Shown in pieces: positions 1-9,193 of a DNA stretch of 64,000 nt. Origin of the DNA: Clostridia bacterium (GTDB lineage Bacteria; Bacillota; Clostridia; TANB77; CAG-508); assembly GCA_017613275.1 (NCBI GenBank), contig JAGAED010000017.1, forward strand, positions 69,300 through 133,299, given 5' to 3'. The stretch's first letter is position 1. Each line of letters starts with the position of its first letter. A program made the position numbers and the translations under genes. Below the pieces are notes generated by a model that was given only the letters and a program-made list of their open reading frames with translations, ran no database searches and had not been told where the DNA came from.

Positions 1-129
1 AGATTTGACTTAACCCCTAGAGGTATTATACAATATTTAGGGTTGCAAAATCCGATTTATAGAAAAACTACAAATTATGGTCATTTTGGAAAAGACTTTC
101 TTTCTTGGGAAAATATAATTACGTTTTAA
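1..129 (+). CDS. metK: S-adenosylmethionine synthetase, 3' end only (gene starts upstream of window)
   Basis: Frame 1 is open from the window edge: [42 protein letters not shown]. This matches the conserved MetK C-terminus (PIY..TA.YGHFG). Confidence 0.8.
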   Translation, partial: RFDLTPRGIIQYLGLQNPIYRKTTNYGHFGKDFLSWENIITF

Positions 130-144
130 AAAATAATTAAGAGA

Positions 145-262
145 AATATGTAAAAATGGGAGTGAGTACGCGTAGGCGTAGCGCAGTGGAACGGTGAAGC
201 AACCTGTCCTAATTAAAATAAGGAAGGTTGCGACAACAAGGACAAGCGGGTTTTTACATATT
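145..262 (+). repeat. Structured intergenic repeat, A/B family, copy A1
   Basis: Terminal inverted repeat aatatgtaaaa / ttttacatatt. Internal boxes agtgagtRcg, gaagcaacc and ggttgcgacaacaagg are shared with 33763-33877 (same orientation) and, inverted, with 35784-35978 and 44390-44582. Confidence 0.75.
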
Positions 263-304
263 TCGGGTTATAAATAAATTTTAATAAAAAGGGGTATAGG
301 TTAA

Positions 305-1675
305 ATGATGGTTCCAGTAGAAAAAAATAAAGAATATATTGTAGAAATAATAGACAATGGTTTCGAAGGCGAAGGAATAGCCAAAATAGAAAACTTTACA
401 ATATTCATACCAAATGCAATAAAAGGAGAAAAAGTGAAAGCACTAATAGTAAAAGTGCTTTCATCACATGCATTTGGAAAAATAATAGAAATACTAGAAC
501 CTTCAAAAGAAAGAGTTGAACCAGATTGCGCTACATATAAAAGATGTGGAGGTTGCAGTTTAAGACACATAAAATACAAAGAAACATTAAAAATGAAGCA
601 AAATGCTGTAACATCTTTAGTTAATAAAACATTAAAAAAACCTGTAAAAGTTTTAGAAGTAATAGGCATGGAAAAGCCAGAATATTACAGAAACAAAGCA
701 CAATTCCCAATTGGATTAGACAAAGACAACATTCCACAAATAGGTGTATTTGCAAATAGAACACATGAAATAATTCCAATCGAAAAATGCTTTATTCAAA
801 ATGAAGAAGCTCAAAAAGTTGCAAAAACAGTTTTAAACTTTATAAAGAAAAACAATTCAACAATTTACAACGAAAAGACTGGAAAAGGTTTATTTAGGCA
901 TATTGTAATAAAAGTAGGTTTAAAAACTAAAGAAATAATGTGTATTTTAGTCATAAACGGCAAAAGCTTCAATAAAGAAAATGAACTAGTAGAAGAACTT
1001 ACTGGAAAATATCCCAACATTAAAACAATTGTAAAAAATATAAATATGAAAAACACAAATGTAATACTTGGTTTAGAAAATGTCAATATATATGGAGATG
1101 GCTATATTAAAGACATTTTAGGAGATTACACATTTAAAATTTCTCCACTTTCATTCTACCAAGTGAATCCGGTTCAGGCAGAAAAACTATACAATATTGG
1201 CGTTGAAAATGCCCAAATTTCCAAAGACGATATTGTATTTGACTTGTATTGCGGTATTGGAACAATTTCGCTATTTATGTCAAAATATGCGAAAAAGGTT
1301 TACGGAGTTGAAATTGTAGAACAAGCAATAGAAGATGCGAAAGAAAATGCGAAAATTAATAATATAGAAAATGTGGAATTTATCGCAGGAGATACAGAAA
1401 TTATTTTAGATGACTTAATCAATAAAAAGAATATAATTCCTAATGTAATTATGGTTGATCCACCTAGAAAAGGTCTTGATAATACAAGCATTGAGAATAT
1501 TCTAAAAATCAAACCTAAAAGGGTAGTGTACATAAGTTGCAATCCAGCAACACTTGTAAGAGATTTAGCAAAATTCGAAGAAACATATGACATAAGCGAC
1601 ATTCAGCCAGTTGACATGTTTCCATTTACAAGCCACGTGGAGTGCGTGGCGGTGATGGGGCGTAGAGATGGTTAG
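305..1675 (+). CDS. rlmD: 23S rRNA (uracil-C5)-methyltransferase, RumA/RlmD family
   Basis: 456-aa ORF with a TRAM-like N-terminus, Cys cluster CATYKRCGGCSLRH, SAM motif DLYCGIGT and catalytic ISCNPATL. Confidence 0.85.
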   Translation: MMVPVEKNKEYIVEIIDNGFEGEGIAKIENFTIFIPNAIKGEKVKALIVKVLSSHAFGKIIEILEPSKERVEPDCATYKRCGGCSLRHIKYKETLKMKQNAVTSLVNKTLKKPVKVLEVIGMEKPEYYRNKAQFPIGLDKDNIPQIGVFANRTHEIIPIEKCFIQNEEAQKVAKTVLNFIKKNNSTIYNEKTGKGLFRHIVIKVGLKTKEIMCILVINGKSFNKENELVEELTGKYPNIKTIVKNINMKNTNVILGLENVNIYGDGYIKDILGDYTFKISPLSFYQVNPVQAEKLYNIGVENAQISKDDIVFDLYCGIGTISLFMSKYAKKVYGVEIVEQAIEDAKENAKINNIENVEFIAGDTEIILDDLINKKNIIPNVIMVDPPRKGLDNTSIENILKIKPKRVVYISCNPATLVRDLAKFEETYDISDIQPVDMFPFTSHVECVAVMGRRDG

Positions 1676-1689
1676 AAAAACGTTATAAC

Positions 1690-1718
1690 TTGCGTTTTGC
1701 ATAAAATCGTGATATAAT
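1690..1718 (+). promoter_or_regulatory. Sigma-A type promoter with extended -10
   Basis: TTGCGT (1690-1695), 17-nt spacer, TGaTATAAT (TATAAT at 1713-1718). It would drive a ~170-nt leader ahead of ORF 1895. Confidence 0.5.
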
Positions 1719-1894
1719 ATTATTGTTATTTTTAACACCTAGCCACGAGCTAGTGGTAGTGCAGAAACACTTATAGATGAACGAGTTAGAATAAATCTAT
1801 ATAGGTAAGTTAGACAGATTTATTACTAACAAAGCCAAGCAAGATGTGATGGTCAGCACAGATTGCGCAACCTAATAATTTGGGAGGACTTTGA

Positions 1895-2239
1895 ATGACT
1901 TTTTATGAAAAAATTAGACTTCTTAGGGATGAATATGCACATGATATAGATTACGAAGTAAAATTATCAATTCTTAGTCAAATTCTTAGTGCTGCATTTT
2001 CCAATCATGATTTACTTCCCAAAATTACAACAGTATCATTTGATACAAAAATAATTTTGAAAATGAATCGCAAATGGTTGGATGATGATGGTTTTACTTC
2101 ATATCCTGAAAGTGTATTAAGCCAAGTATTAAACGATTTAGGATTAGAATATAATTTTAACTGTTATTATCAAAATTGTTCTGCATTTACCTATACATTT
2201 GAAATAAACTTTATAGAAAAATCTATAACAGTAATTTAG
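1895..2239 (+). CDS. Hypothetical protein (114 aa), no recognisable motif
   Basis: ORF preceded by GGGAGG 8 nt upstream of the ATG, followed by a hairpin plus T-tract near 2283-2315. Confidence 0.5.
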   Translation: MTFYEKIRLLRDEYAHDIDYEVKLSILSQILSAAFSNHDLLPKITTVSFDTKIILKMNRKWLDDDGFTSYPESVLSQVLNDLGLEYNFNCYYQNCSAFTYTFEINFIEKSITVI

Positions 2240-2480
2240 AATATTTAAAAAGCAAGAACAAACTTAACAATCTGACCAACAAAATGGCTGTTACTTCGGT
2301 AATGGCTATTTTTATTGCAATTTATATAGTGTATTTAATTGACTTTTTTGAACTTATGAGATATATTCTATTTATATATGGCTTCTAATGAAACGGAAAT
2401 AATATAAAATCTGTACCACTTTATGCGGTATTTTGTATATAAAAAGCTATTATAAATTACAAAATATAATAGGAGGACTT

Positions 2481-3530
2481 ATGAAAAATAAAGAAAAGAT
2501 AGAAAATATGAAAAAAATAATGCTTCATTTACATTTAGATGGTTCACTAAGACCAGAAACAGTTCTACAATGGTTAATTGATGAAGCGGATTACAAGACA
2601 TTGGGATTTGAAAACAAAGAAGAATTTTTGAAAACAGATAGAAATGAACTATTACAAAAAGTAAAAAAAGCCCTGATGGTTAGTGTAGATTGCAGAGATT
2701 TAAATGAATATTTGGAAAAATTTGACTTACCTTGCAAACAATTACAAACTGAAAATCATATCACACAGGCAACATACGAATTGTTTGAAGATTTATCAAA
2801 ACAAAATGTTATATATGCTGAAGTGAGGTTTGCTCCAAGTAAACACAGGGAAAAAGGACTTGACTATGATAAAATAGTTGAGGCAGCTATAAAAGGAATG
2901 AACATGGCAAAAGAAAAATATCATATTGGCGGAAGTCTAATATTGTGTGCAATGAGAGGAGATAATGAAGCAGATAATTTAGAAACAATAAAAGTTGCCA
3001 AAAGATATTTGGAAAAAGGCGTATCTGCAGTCGACCTTGCGGGAGCTGAAGCATTGTTCCTAACTTCAGATTACGAGAATATTTTTAGAGAAGCAAGGAA
3101 TTTGAACATACCATTTACAATTCATGCTGGAGAAGCGGCAGGGGCAGAAAGTATAAAAAAAGCATTAGATTTTGGCGCAACAAGAATTGGACATGGTGTT
3201 AGATGTCTAGAAGATCCGCAATTAGTAGATTACCTAGTAAAGAATAATGTTGTGCTTGAAGTCTGCCCAATCAGTAATTTACAAACAAAGGCAACTGGGG
3301 AAAATCATCCTATTGAAGAAATGTATAGAAAACAGCTGAAAGTTACTGTAAATACTGATAATGATACGGTTTCTAATACTAATATAATAAACGAATATGA
3401 ATGGGTATTAGAACATACCAAATTAGACTTGAATGACTTAAAACAAATGAATATAAATGCAGTAAGAGGATTGTTTATTGTATCAGAGGAAGAAAAGGAA
3501 CAATTGATAGAAGAAATAGAAAAATCGTAA
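2481..3530 (+). CDS. add: Adenosine deaminase
   Basis: HLHLDGSL metal motif, HAGE and TVNTDND motifs. I prefer the ATG at 2481 (AGGAGG 5 nt upstream) over the track start 2433. Confidence 0.85.
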   Translation: MKNKEKIENMKKIMLHLHLDGSLRPETVLQWLIDEADYKTLGFENKEEFLKTDRNELLQKVKKALMVSVDCRDLNEYLEKFDLPCKQLQTENHITQATYELFEDLSKQNVIYAEVRFAPSKHREKGLDYDKIVEAAIKGMNMAKEKYHIGGSLILCAMRGDNEADNLETIKVAKRYLEKGVSAVDLAGAEALFLTSDYENIFREARNLNIPFTIHAGEAAGAESIKKALDFGATRIGHGVRCLEDPQLVDYLVKNNVVLEVCPISNLQTKATGENHPIEEMYRKQLKVTVNTDNDTVSNTNIINEYEWVLEHTKLDLNDLKQMNINAVRGLFIVSEEEKEQLIEEIEKS

Positions 3531-3605
3531 GACAAGAACAATAAACTGAATAAAACATAAAATATAGAGAGTAGGATTATACTACTCTCTATACTTTTAT
3601 AAGGA

Positions 3606-4580
3606 ATGATGCAAATGAAAGGAAAAATAGTGGTTTTAAAATTTGGCGGAAGTTCTGTGGCTGATAACGAAAAACTAAAAATAGTAGCAAATAAAGTAAT
3701 TGGATACAAAAAGGAATACAAAAATGTTGTAGTAATTTTATCAGCACAAGGTAAAACAACAGATAGGTTGATTGGAGAAGCTATGGAGCTTTCAAAAAAT
3801 CCAGACAAAAGAGAAACAGCAATGTTAATATCAACAGGCGAACAAGTTTCAATTGCAAAACTAGCAATTCTTTTAGATGAAATGAATGTGCCTGCAATCT
3901 CACTTACAGGTTGGCAAGCTGGAATCCGCAGCAGTATAGCAAATAAATGTGCAATAATAGAAAATATAGATGTATCAAGAATAGAACAAGAACTAAAAGA
4001 TGACAAAATTGTTATAGTTGCTGGATTTCAAGGAGTAAATGCTAAAAATGATATTTCAACACTTGGTCGAGGCGGCTCAGACACAACAGCTGTGGCCGTT
4101 GCAGCGGCGTTAGATGCAGATAAGTGCTACATTTTTTCAGATGTAGATGGAGTTTATACAGCAGACCCAAACAAAATAAAAGAAGCCAAAAAATTACAAA
4201 ACATATCATATAAAGAAATGATAGAAATATCAAACGAAGGAGCAAAAGTTTTACATGATAGAAGTATCAAAATTGGAGAAAAATTTGATGTACCAATAGT
4301 TACAAAGTCCACATTTTCAGAAAAAGAAGGAACATGTTTATCAAAAAATATCGAAGAAAACACAGTAAAAAGTGTAGTTAAAAAGGATGTTACAAAAATT
4401 TCAATAATAGGCGAAGGAATAATGAGAAACACAAAATTAATAGAAAAAATAATAAACATAATAGAAAGTGAAGAAGTAGAAGTACTAAGAATAGAAATTC
4501 TAGACAGTAAAATATCAGTAATATTCAAAGAAATAGTAACAGATTCAATATGGCAAAAATTCCATGAAGTAAGCATTTAA
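3606..4580 (+). CDS. Aspartate kinase (short form with C-terminal ACT region)
   Basis: VLKFGGSSV and GRGGSDTTAVAVAAAL aspartokinase motifs. Confidence 0.8.
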   Translation: MMQMKGKIVVLKFGGSSVADNEKLKIVANKVIGYKKEYKNVVVILSAQGKTTDRLIGEAMELSKNPDKRETAMLISTGEQVSIAKLAILLDEMNVPAISLTGWQAGIRSSIANKCAIIENIDVSRIEQELKDDKIVIVAGFQGVNAKNDISTLGRGGSDTTAVAVAAALDADKCYIFSDVDGVYTADPNKIKEAKKLQNISYKEMIEISNEGAKVLHDRSIKIGEKFDVPIVTKSTFSEKEGTCLSKNIEENTVKSVVKKDVTKISIIGEGIMRNTKLIEKIINIIESEEVEVLRIEILDSKISVIFKEIVTDSIWQKFHEVSI

Positions 4581-4590
4581 TTGATAAGTT

Positions 4591-4630
4591 TCAACCTTGC
4601 TTTTTGGGACACCCCAAAAAACAAGGTTGA
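4591..4630 (+). terminator. Intrinsic terminator built from the GGGACAC-apex palindromic element
   Basis: tcaaccttgcttttt-gggacacccc-aaaaaacaaggttga. Confidence 0.7.
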
Positions 4631-4704
4631 AATTGCCCCAAATGTAATTGAAATTTTTTAGCTTTTAGTATATAATTTTGTTAAATGTTAGGAGATATTT
4701 TTTA

Positions 4705-5355
4705 ATGAAAAATGTTTATTTTTTGGATATAAATGAATTTAAAAAAACTTTTTCATATGAAGAGATTTATAATAAAGTTTCTTCATATAGAAAAAGTAAA
4801 GTGGACAAGCTAAAGTTTGAGGATGACAAATGGCTTTCTTTAGGTGCTGAATTTCTTTTGATTCAGGGATTAGAGGAGCTAGATATTGATTATTCTAAAA
4901 TTGAAATTGGTTTTATAGAGAATAATAAACCGGTTCTAATGAATTGTCCGCAAAATCTTTATTTCAATTTGTCACATTCTGGGAAGATGGCAATGTGTGT
5001 CATTTCGGATTGTGAAGTTGGTTGCGATATTCAAATGATGTCAGATAAGGAAAATTATTTGGAAATTGCAGAAAGATTTTTCCATCCAGAGGAAATTCAA
5101 TTTTTGCAAAATTCAAAAGAAGAAGAAAAAAGAAAACTATTTTATAGAATATGGACATTAAAGGAAAGCTTTATAAAAGCTACAGGCAAAGGCTTTAGAA
5201 CACCGTTAAAAGATTTCAAAATCATTTTAGAAAATGATAAACCAAAAGTATATGTAAACGGAAAAATAGAAGAAAAGTATCAATTAGAAGAAAAACAATT
5301 AGAAAATTCAAATTACAAAAGCGCAGTATGTTGGTGTCAAGAAAATTCAATCTAA
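4705..5355 (+). CDS. 4'-phosphopantetheinyl transferase, Sfp type
   Basis: FNLSHSG and WTLKESFIKATGKG motifs. The ATG at 4705 is preferred over the track start 4678. Confidence 0.75.
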   Translation: MKNVYFLDINEFKKTFSYEEIYNKVSSYRKSKVDKLKFEDDKWLSLGAEFLLIQGLEELDIDYSKIEIGFIENNKPVLMNCPQNLYFNLSHSGKMAMCVISDCEVGCDIQMMSDKENYLEIAERFFHPEEIQFLQNSKEEEKRKLFYRIWTLKESFIKATGKGFRTPLKDFKIILENDKPKVYVNGKIEEKYQLEEKQLENSNYKSAVCWCQENSI

Positions 5356-5398
5356 ATTCAATAAAACTATATATAATAATATTTAAGGAGAAAAAACT

Positions 5399-6085
5399 AT
5401 GAATATTTTAATAATAGAAGACGAATATAGTTTGGCAGATGCGGTTGCGGAGACTTTGAAAAACGAAAATTTTAATGTAACAATAAAAACTAACGGAGAA
5501 GATGGAGAGGATGAGGCATTAACAGAAAACTATGATTTAATTTTGTTAGATGTTATGCTTCCAAAGAAAAACGGGTTTGAAATATTGAATTATTTAAGAC
5601 AAGAAAAGATAAAAACTCCAGTAATAATGCTGACTGCAAAGTCTGAGATTGAGGACAAGCTAAATGGTCTAGAAAATGGAGCTGACGATTATATCACAAA
5701 GCCATTTTCTATGAGAGAACTTATGGCCAGAGTAAAAGCTGTGCTAAAGAGAACGAATAATATTGAAGATACAAATTGCTTGGAATTCGGAGATTTGGCG
5801 TTAGATGTAAGAAATGCAAAATTAAAATGCAATGATAACGAGATTCAAATAAGCGGAAAAGAATTGGAACTTTTAGAACAATTTCTTTTAAATAAAAATC
5901 AAGTGCTATCAAGAGAAAACTTGGTAGAGAGAATTTGGGGATATGAAAGTGATGCGGAGTACAACAATGTTGAAGTTTATATCACTTTTATTAGAAGAAA
6001 ACTAAAAGTTATAGAGTCCAAAGTCTGCATTAAGGCTGTAAGGGGAGTTGGCTATAAACTTGTAGTAGAGGTGAATGAAAAATGA
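5399..6085 (+). CDS. OmpR-family response regulator
   Basis: Receiver domain (LLDVMLP, LTAK) plus a winged-helix C-terminus (RGVGYKL). Confidence 0.9.
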   Translation: MNILIIEDEYSLADAVAETLKNENFNVTIKTNGEDGEDEALTENYDLILLDVMLPKKNGFEILNYLRQEKIKTPVIMLTAKSEIEDKLNGLENGADDYITKPFSMRELMARVKAVLKRTNNIEDTNCLEFGDLALDVRNAKLKCNDNEIQISGKELELLEQFLLNKNQVLSRENLVERIWGYESDAEYNNVEVYITFIRRKLKVIESKVCIKAVRGVGYKLVVEVNEK

Positions 6086-7287
6086 TAAATAAATTAAGAA
6101 AAAAGATTTTTTGGATAATTCAAATATCACTTTCAATAATCATTCTAGGAATTATTGTGTTATATTCAACTTCAAGTTATAAAAACACAATTACATCATC
6201 TACAATGTTTATGGAAAGAATTGAAGTTAAAAATGAAATAAAAGAAAATATAAAAGTTGATAAGCCAACTGATTTTAAAGAGTCAAATACGATATTTAAT
6301 CCGTTTTTAGCAGATATTGAGGGGGTTTACAGGCTAGAAATTAAAGACAATGAAGTCATTAGAGAGTCAAATGACACAACTGAAGAAGTGAGAAAGTATG
6401 CAATAGAAATAAGTAATAAAAACTCAGAAGAAGGCTATATTGGCAACTATATATACAAGGTTAGAAAATTTGGCAATAATGGTAAAGAAATAACTTTGAT
6501 GGAAAATGAAGATGCTATAAAAAGACTAAAAACAACAGTCATTTCTGCAGTTATAATTGGATTTGTTGGAATAATTATTATCAGTTTAATAGCCAAAAAA
6601 ATAGCTGAAATAATTGTAAAACCGGTCGAAGAAAGCTTCGAAAAGCAAAAGCAATTTGTGTCAGATGCTTCACATGAACTAAAAACACCACTTGCAGTAA
6701 TAGAGGCAAATGCAGATGTTTTGCAAGACAAAATTGGCGAAGACAAATGGCTAACTTATATTCAAAAAGAAGTGCAAAGTATGAACAAATTGGTAAATGA
6801 CTTGTTGTCGCTTGCGAGAATGGAAAACACAAAAGAAACCAACTATCCAAAGTTCAACTTGTCAAAAGAAGTTCAGATGGCAGTTGCAGTCTTTGAAAGC
6901 ATGATATATGAAAAAGAAATAAAACTAGAAACAAATATCAGCGAAGGCATCAATTTTGAAGGAGATAGAGAAGACATAAAACACCTTATCTCAATAATAC
7001 TAGACAATGCAATAAAACATACAGAAAAAGATAATAAAATAATTGTTGAATTTGAAAAAGAAAAAAATGATATCAAAATTGAAATAAAGAACCAAGGAGA
7101 GCCTATTCCAGTCGAAGAACAAGAAAAAATCTTTGAGAGATTCTATAGAGTTGACAAAGCAAGAAATAGAAACGAAAAAAGATATGGATTAGGACTTTCA
7201 ATAGCAAAAGAAATAGTAAATAAATATAACGGAACAATAAAAGCAAGTTCAAAAGACGGATTTACTACTTTTGTGGTTAAATTATAA
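6082..7287 (+). CDS. Sensor histidine kinase
   Basis: Two TM segments, H-box SDASHELKTPL, and N and G boxes (NAIKHT, GLGLSIAKE). It overlaps the RR stop by 4 nt. Confidence 0.9.
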   Translation: MINKLRKKIFWIIQISLSIIILGIIVLYSTSSYKNTITSSTMFMERIEVKNEIKENIKVDKPTDFKESNTIFNPFLADIEGVYRLEIKDNEVIRESNDTTEEVRKYAIEISNKNSEEGYIGNYIYKVRKFGNNGKEITLMENEDAIKRLKTTVISAVIIGFVGIIIISLIAKKIAEIIVKPVEESFEKQKQFVSDASHELKTPLAVIEANADVLQDKIGEDKWLTYIQKEVQSMNKLVNDLLSLARMENTKETNYPKFNLSKEVQMAVAVFESMIYEKEIKLETNISEGINFEGDREDIKHLISIILDNAIKHTEKDNKIIVEFEKEKNDIKIEIKNQGEPIPVEEQEKIFERFYRVDKARNRNEKRYGLGLSIAKEIVNKYNGTIKASSKDGFTTFVVKL

Positions 7288-7300
7288 AATAAAGTATTAT

Positions 7301-7420
7301 AAAGAAAATTATATATTTTGTAGCGAAATTGTGGGGACAGTTCAAATTTTCTCGAAAGTTCAAAGAACTTTCGTAAGAAAATTTAGAATGGGGATAGCGT
7401 AAAAATATATAATTTTCTTT
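7301..7420. repeat. Long imperfect palindrome with a 19-bp perfect AT-rich outer stem
   Basis: aaagaaaattatatatttt ... aaaatatataattttcttt. Inner stem caaattttctcgaaagttc/gaactttcgtaagaaaattt. A same-strand GGGGA box sits in each arm (gtggggacag, aatggggatag). Confidence 0.7.
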
Positions 7421-7493
7421 TTTTAATTCATTCAATCTTTTTTCAATGTTTCTAATTTATAATTTTTTTAGTTTAAAAAATGGAGGTTTGAAA

Positions 7494-8498
7494 ATGAAGA
7501 AAAAAGTATTACTTATTATTTTTGTATTATTGTTGGTTGGAGGTTCTTTTATTATAGGAAGGCAAGTTGGTCTAAACACTGAAGACAGTAAAACAAGCAC
7601 TATTGTAAAGGAGGAAACAGTTGGAACTCAAGATATTAAAAAGACATTAACAAGTTCAGGAGAGGTTTCAGCTAAAACAACAGAAAAGCTTGATTTAACA
7701 ACTTCATATTATTTTAAAACAATGTGCGTTGAAGATGATGACACAGTAAAAGAGGGAGAAAATCTTTTGCAATACACAAATGGAACTTATTTAACAGCAC
7801 CATATGACTTAGTTGTTATAAGCCATAGCGTGCCAGAAGCCGACAGTAAATGTACATCTTCAAATTATATAGAAGTATCAAATTTAAAAACATTAACTAC
7901 AACATTATCTATAAATGAGAACGAAATAAATTCTGTTCAAGTTGGTCAAGAAGTTGCAATAACACTTACAGCAGATGAAAGCAAAACATATACTGGAAAA
8001 GTTACAAAAGTTGATTCTGTAGGAACTTATGCAGCATCTGGAACAACATTTTCTGCAACTGTTGAATTTGAAAATGACGGAAATGTAAAACTTGGAATGA
8101 GCTTATCTTGCACAATTACTCTAAAAGAAGAAAAAGAAGTAGTATGTGTTCCAATAGATGCCGTTTATCAAAATAAAGAAGGAAAAGACTATGTTGTAAA
8201 AGTAAATTCAGACGGAACTACAACTGACACAATTGTTGAACTTGGTATAGCAAATGACAATTATGTTCAAGTTAAATCAGGACTTAGCTTAAATGACAAA
8301 GTTCAAATTACAACAGAAGTAACAGAAAGCACACAAAAATCTAACAGCAACAGCAGTGGATTTGGCGGATTTGGTGGAGGTAGTATGCCAGGCGGAGATT
8401 TTTCTGGTGGTAATATGCCAAACTTTGACAGCTCTAATTTTAAAGGTTTTAGCGGTTCAGATGGAGGCAAGCCAAGTAGATCAAATTCAAGTAAGTAA
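7494..8498 (+). CDS. Efflux periplasmic adaptor (HlyD/MacA-like) with a Gly/Ser-rich C-terminal tail
   Basis: N-terminal TM segment and barrel-sandwich hybrid motifs. ATG 7494 has GGAGG upstream. It sits next to a MacB-type ATPase and permease. Confidence 0.75.
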   Translation: MKKKVLLIIFVLLLVGGSFIIGRQVGLNTEDSKTSTIVKEETVGTQDIKKTLTSSGEVSAKTTEKLDLTTSYYFKTMCVEDDDTVKEGENLLQYTNGTYLTAPYDLVVISHSVPEADSKCTSSNYIEVSNLKTLTTTLSINENEINSVQVGQEVAITLTADESKTYTGKVTKVDSVGTYAASGTTFSATVEFENDGNVKLGMSLSCTITLKEEKEVVCVPIDAVYQNKEGKDYVVKVNSDGTTTDTIVELGIANDNYVQVKSGLSLNDKVQITTEVTESTQKSNSNSSGFGGFGGGSMPGGDFSGGNMPNFDSSNFKGFSGSDGGKPSRSNSSK

Positions 8499-8512
8499 AA
8501 GGAGGCATTAAA

Positions 8513-9187
8513 ATGATAAAATTAAAAAACATAAATAAATCCTTTGTACTAGGTGGAGAAACAATAAAGGCATTAGATAATGTCAGCTTTAATGTAGAAA
8601 AAGGCGAATTTGTATCAATAATCGGCCCATCAGGTTCAGGAAAGTCAACATTAATGAACATTTTAGGCTTGTTAGATGTAGCAGATTCGGGAGAATACAT
8701 TTTAGATGACATCAAGATTAAAGATGCAAGTGACAACAAGTTATCAGAAATAAGAAATAAAAAAATAGGATTTGTATTTCAAAATTTTAACTTGTTAACT
8801 AAAATGAATGCAGTAGAAAATGTCCAAGTTCCTCTAATGTATAGAGGCGAAAAACATGATAAATCAATCAAAACAGCGTATGAATATTTAGCTAAAGTAG
8901 GCTTAAAAGGAAGAGAAAAACACTTGCCATCACAGCTTTCAGGAGGTCAGCAACAAAGAGTTGCAATAGCTAGAGCTTTAGCAGGAAATCCAGAAATAAT
9001 TCTTGCAGATGAGCCAACAGGTGCTTTGGATTCTAAAACAAGTAGAGAAGTAATGGAATTATTACAAGAATTGAATGAAGAAGGGCAAACAATTATCTTA
9101 ATTACACATGATATAAATGTGGCAAAACAGGCTAAGAGAATTGTAAAGATCGCGGATGGTAAACTATATGAAGGAGAGGTGATTTAA
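8513..9187 (+). CDS. ABC transporter ATP-binding protein (MacB/LolD type)
   Basis: Walker [10 protein letters not shown], signature LSGGQQQR, Walker B ILADEPT. Confidence 0.9.
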   Translation: MIKLKNINKSFVLGGETIKALDNVSFNVEKGEFVSIIGPSGSGKSTLMNILGLLDVADSGEYILDDIKIKDASDNKLSEIRNKKIGFVFQNFNLLTKMNAVENVQVPLMYRGEKHDKSIKTAYEYLAKVGLKGREKHLPSQLSGGQQQRVAIARALAGNPEIILADEPTGALDSKTSREVMELLQELNEEGQTIILITHDINVAKQAKRIVKIADGKLYEGEVI

Positions 9188-9193
9188 GGTTCT

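Noticed and set aside
145-262. A/B repeats (also 33763, 35784, 44390) considered as the template repeat for the putative DGR variable region
   Set aside because: They do not align with 19262-19455 beyond a chance 8-mer (gtgagtac), and they are not adjacent to any RT.
3531-3605. Lysine riboswitch upstream of aspartate kinase
   Set aside because: The intergenic space is only ~75 nt and is mostly occupied by the add terminator hairpin. That is too short for an L-box.
3305-4006. 233-aa minus-strand ORF spanning the add/aspartate kinase junction
   Set aside because: It is antisense to two well-supported genes, low-complexity (Ser/Ile/Phe-rich), and has no RBS or motif. This is a typical shadow ORF in AT-rich DNA.
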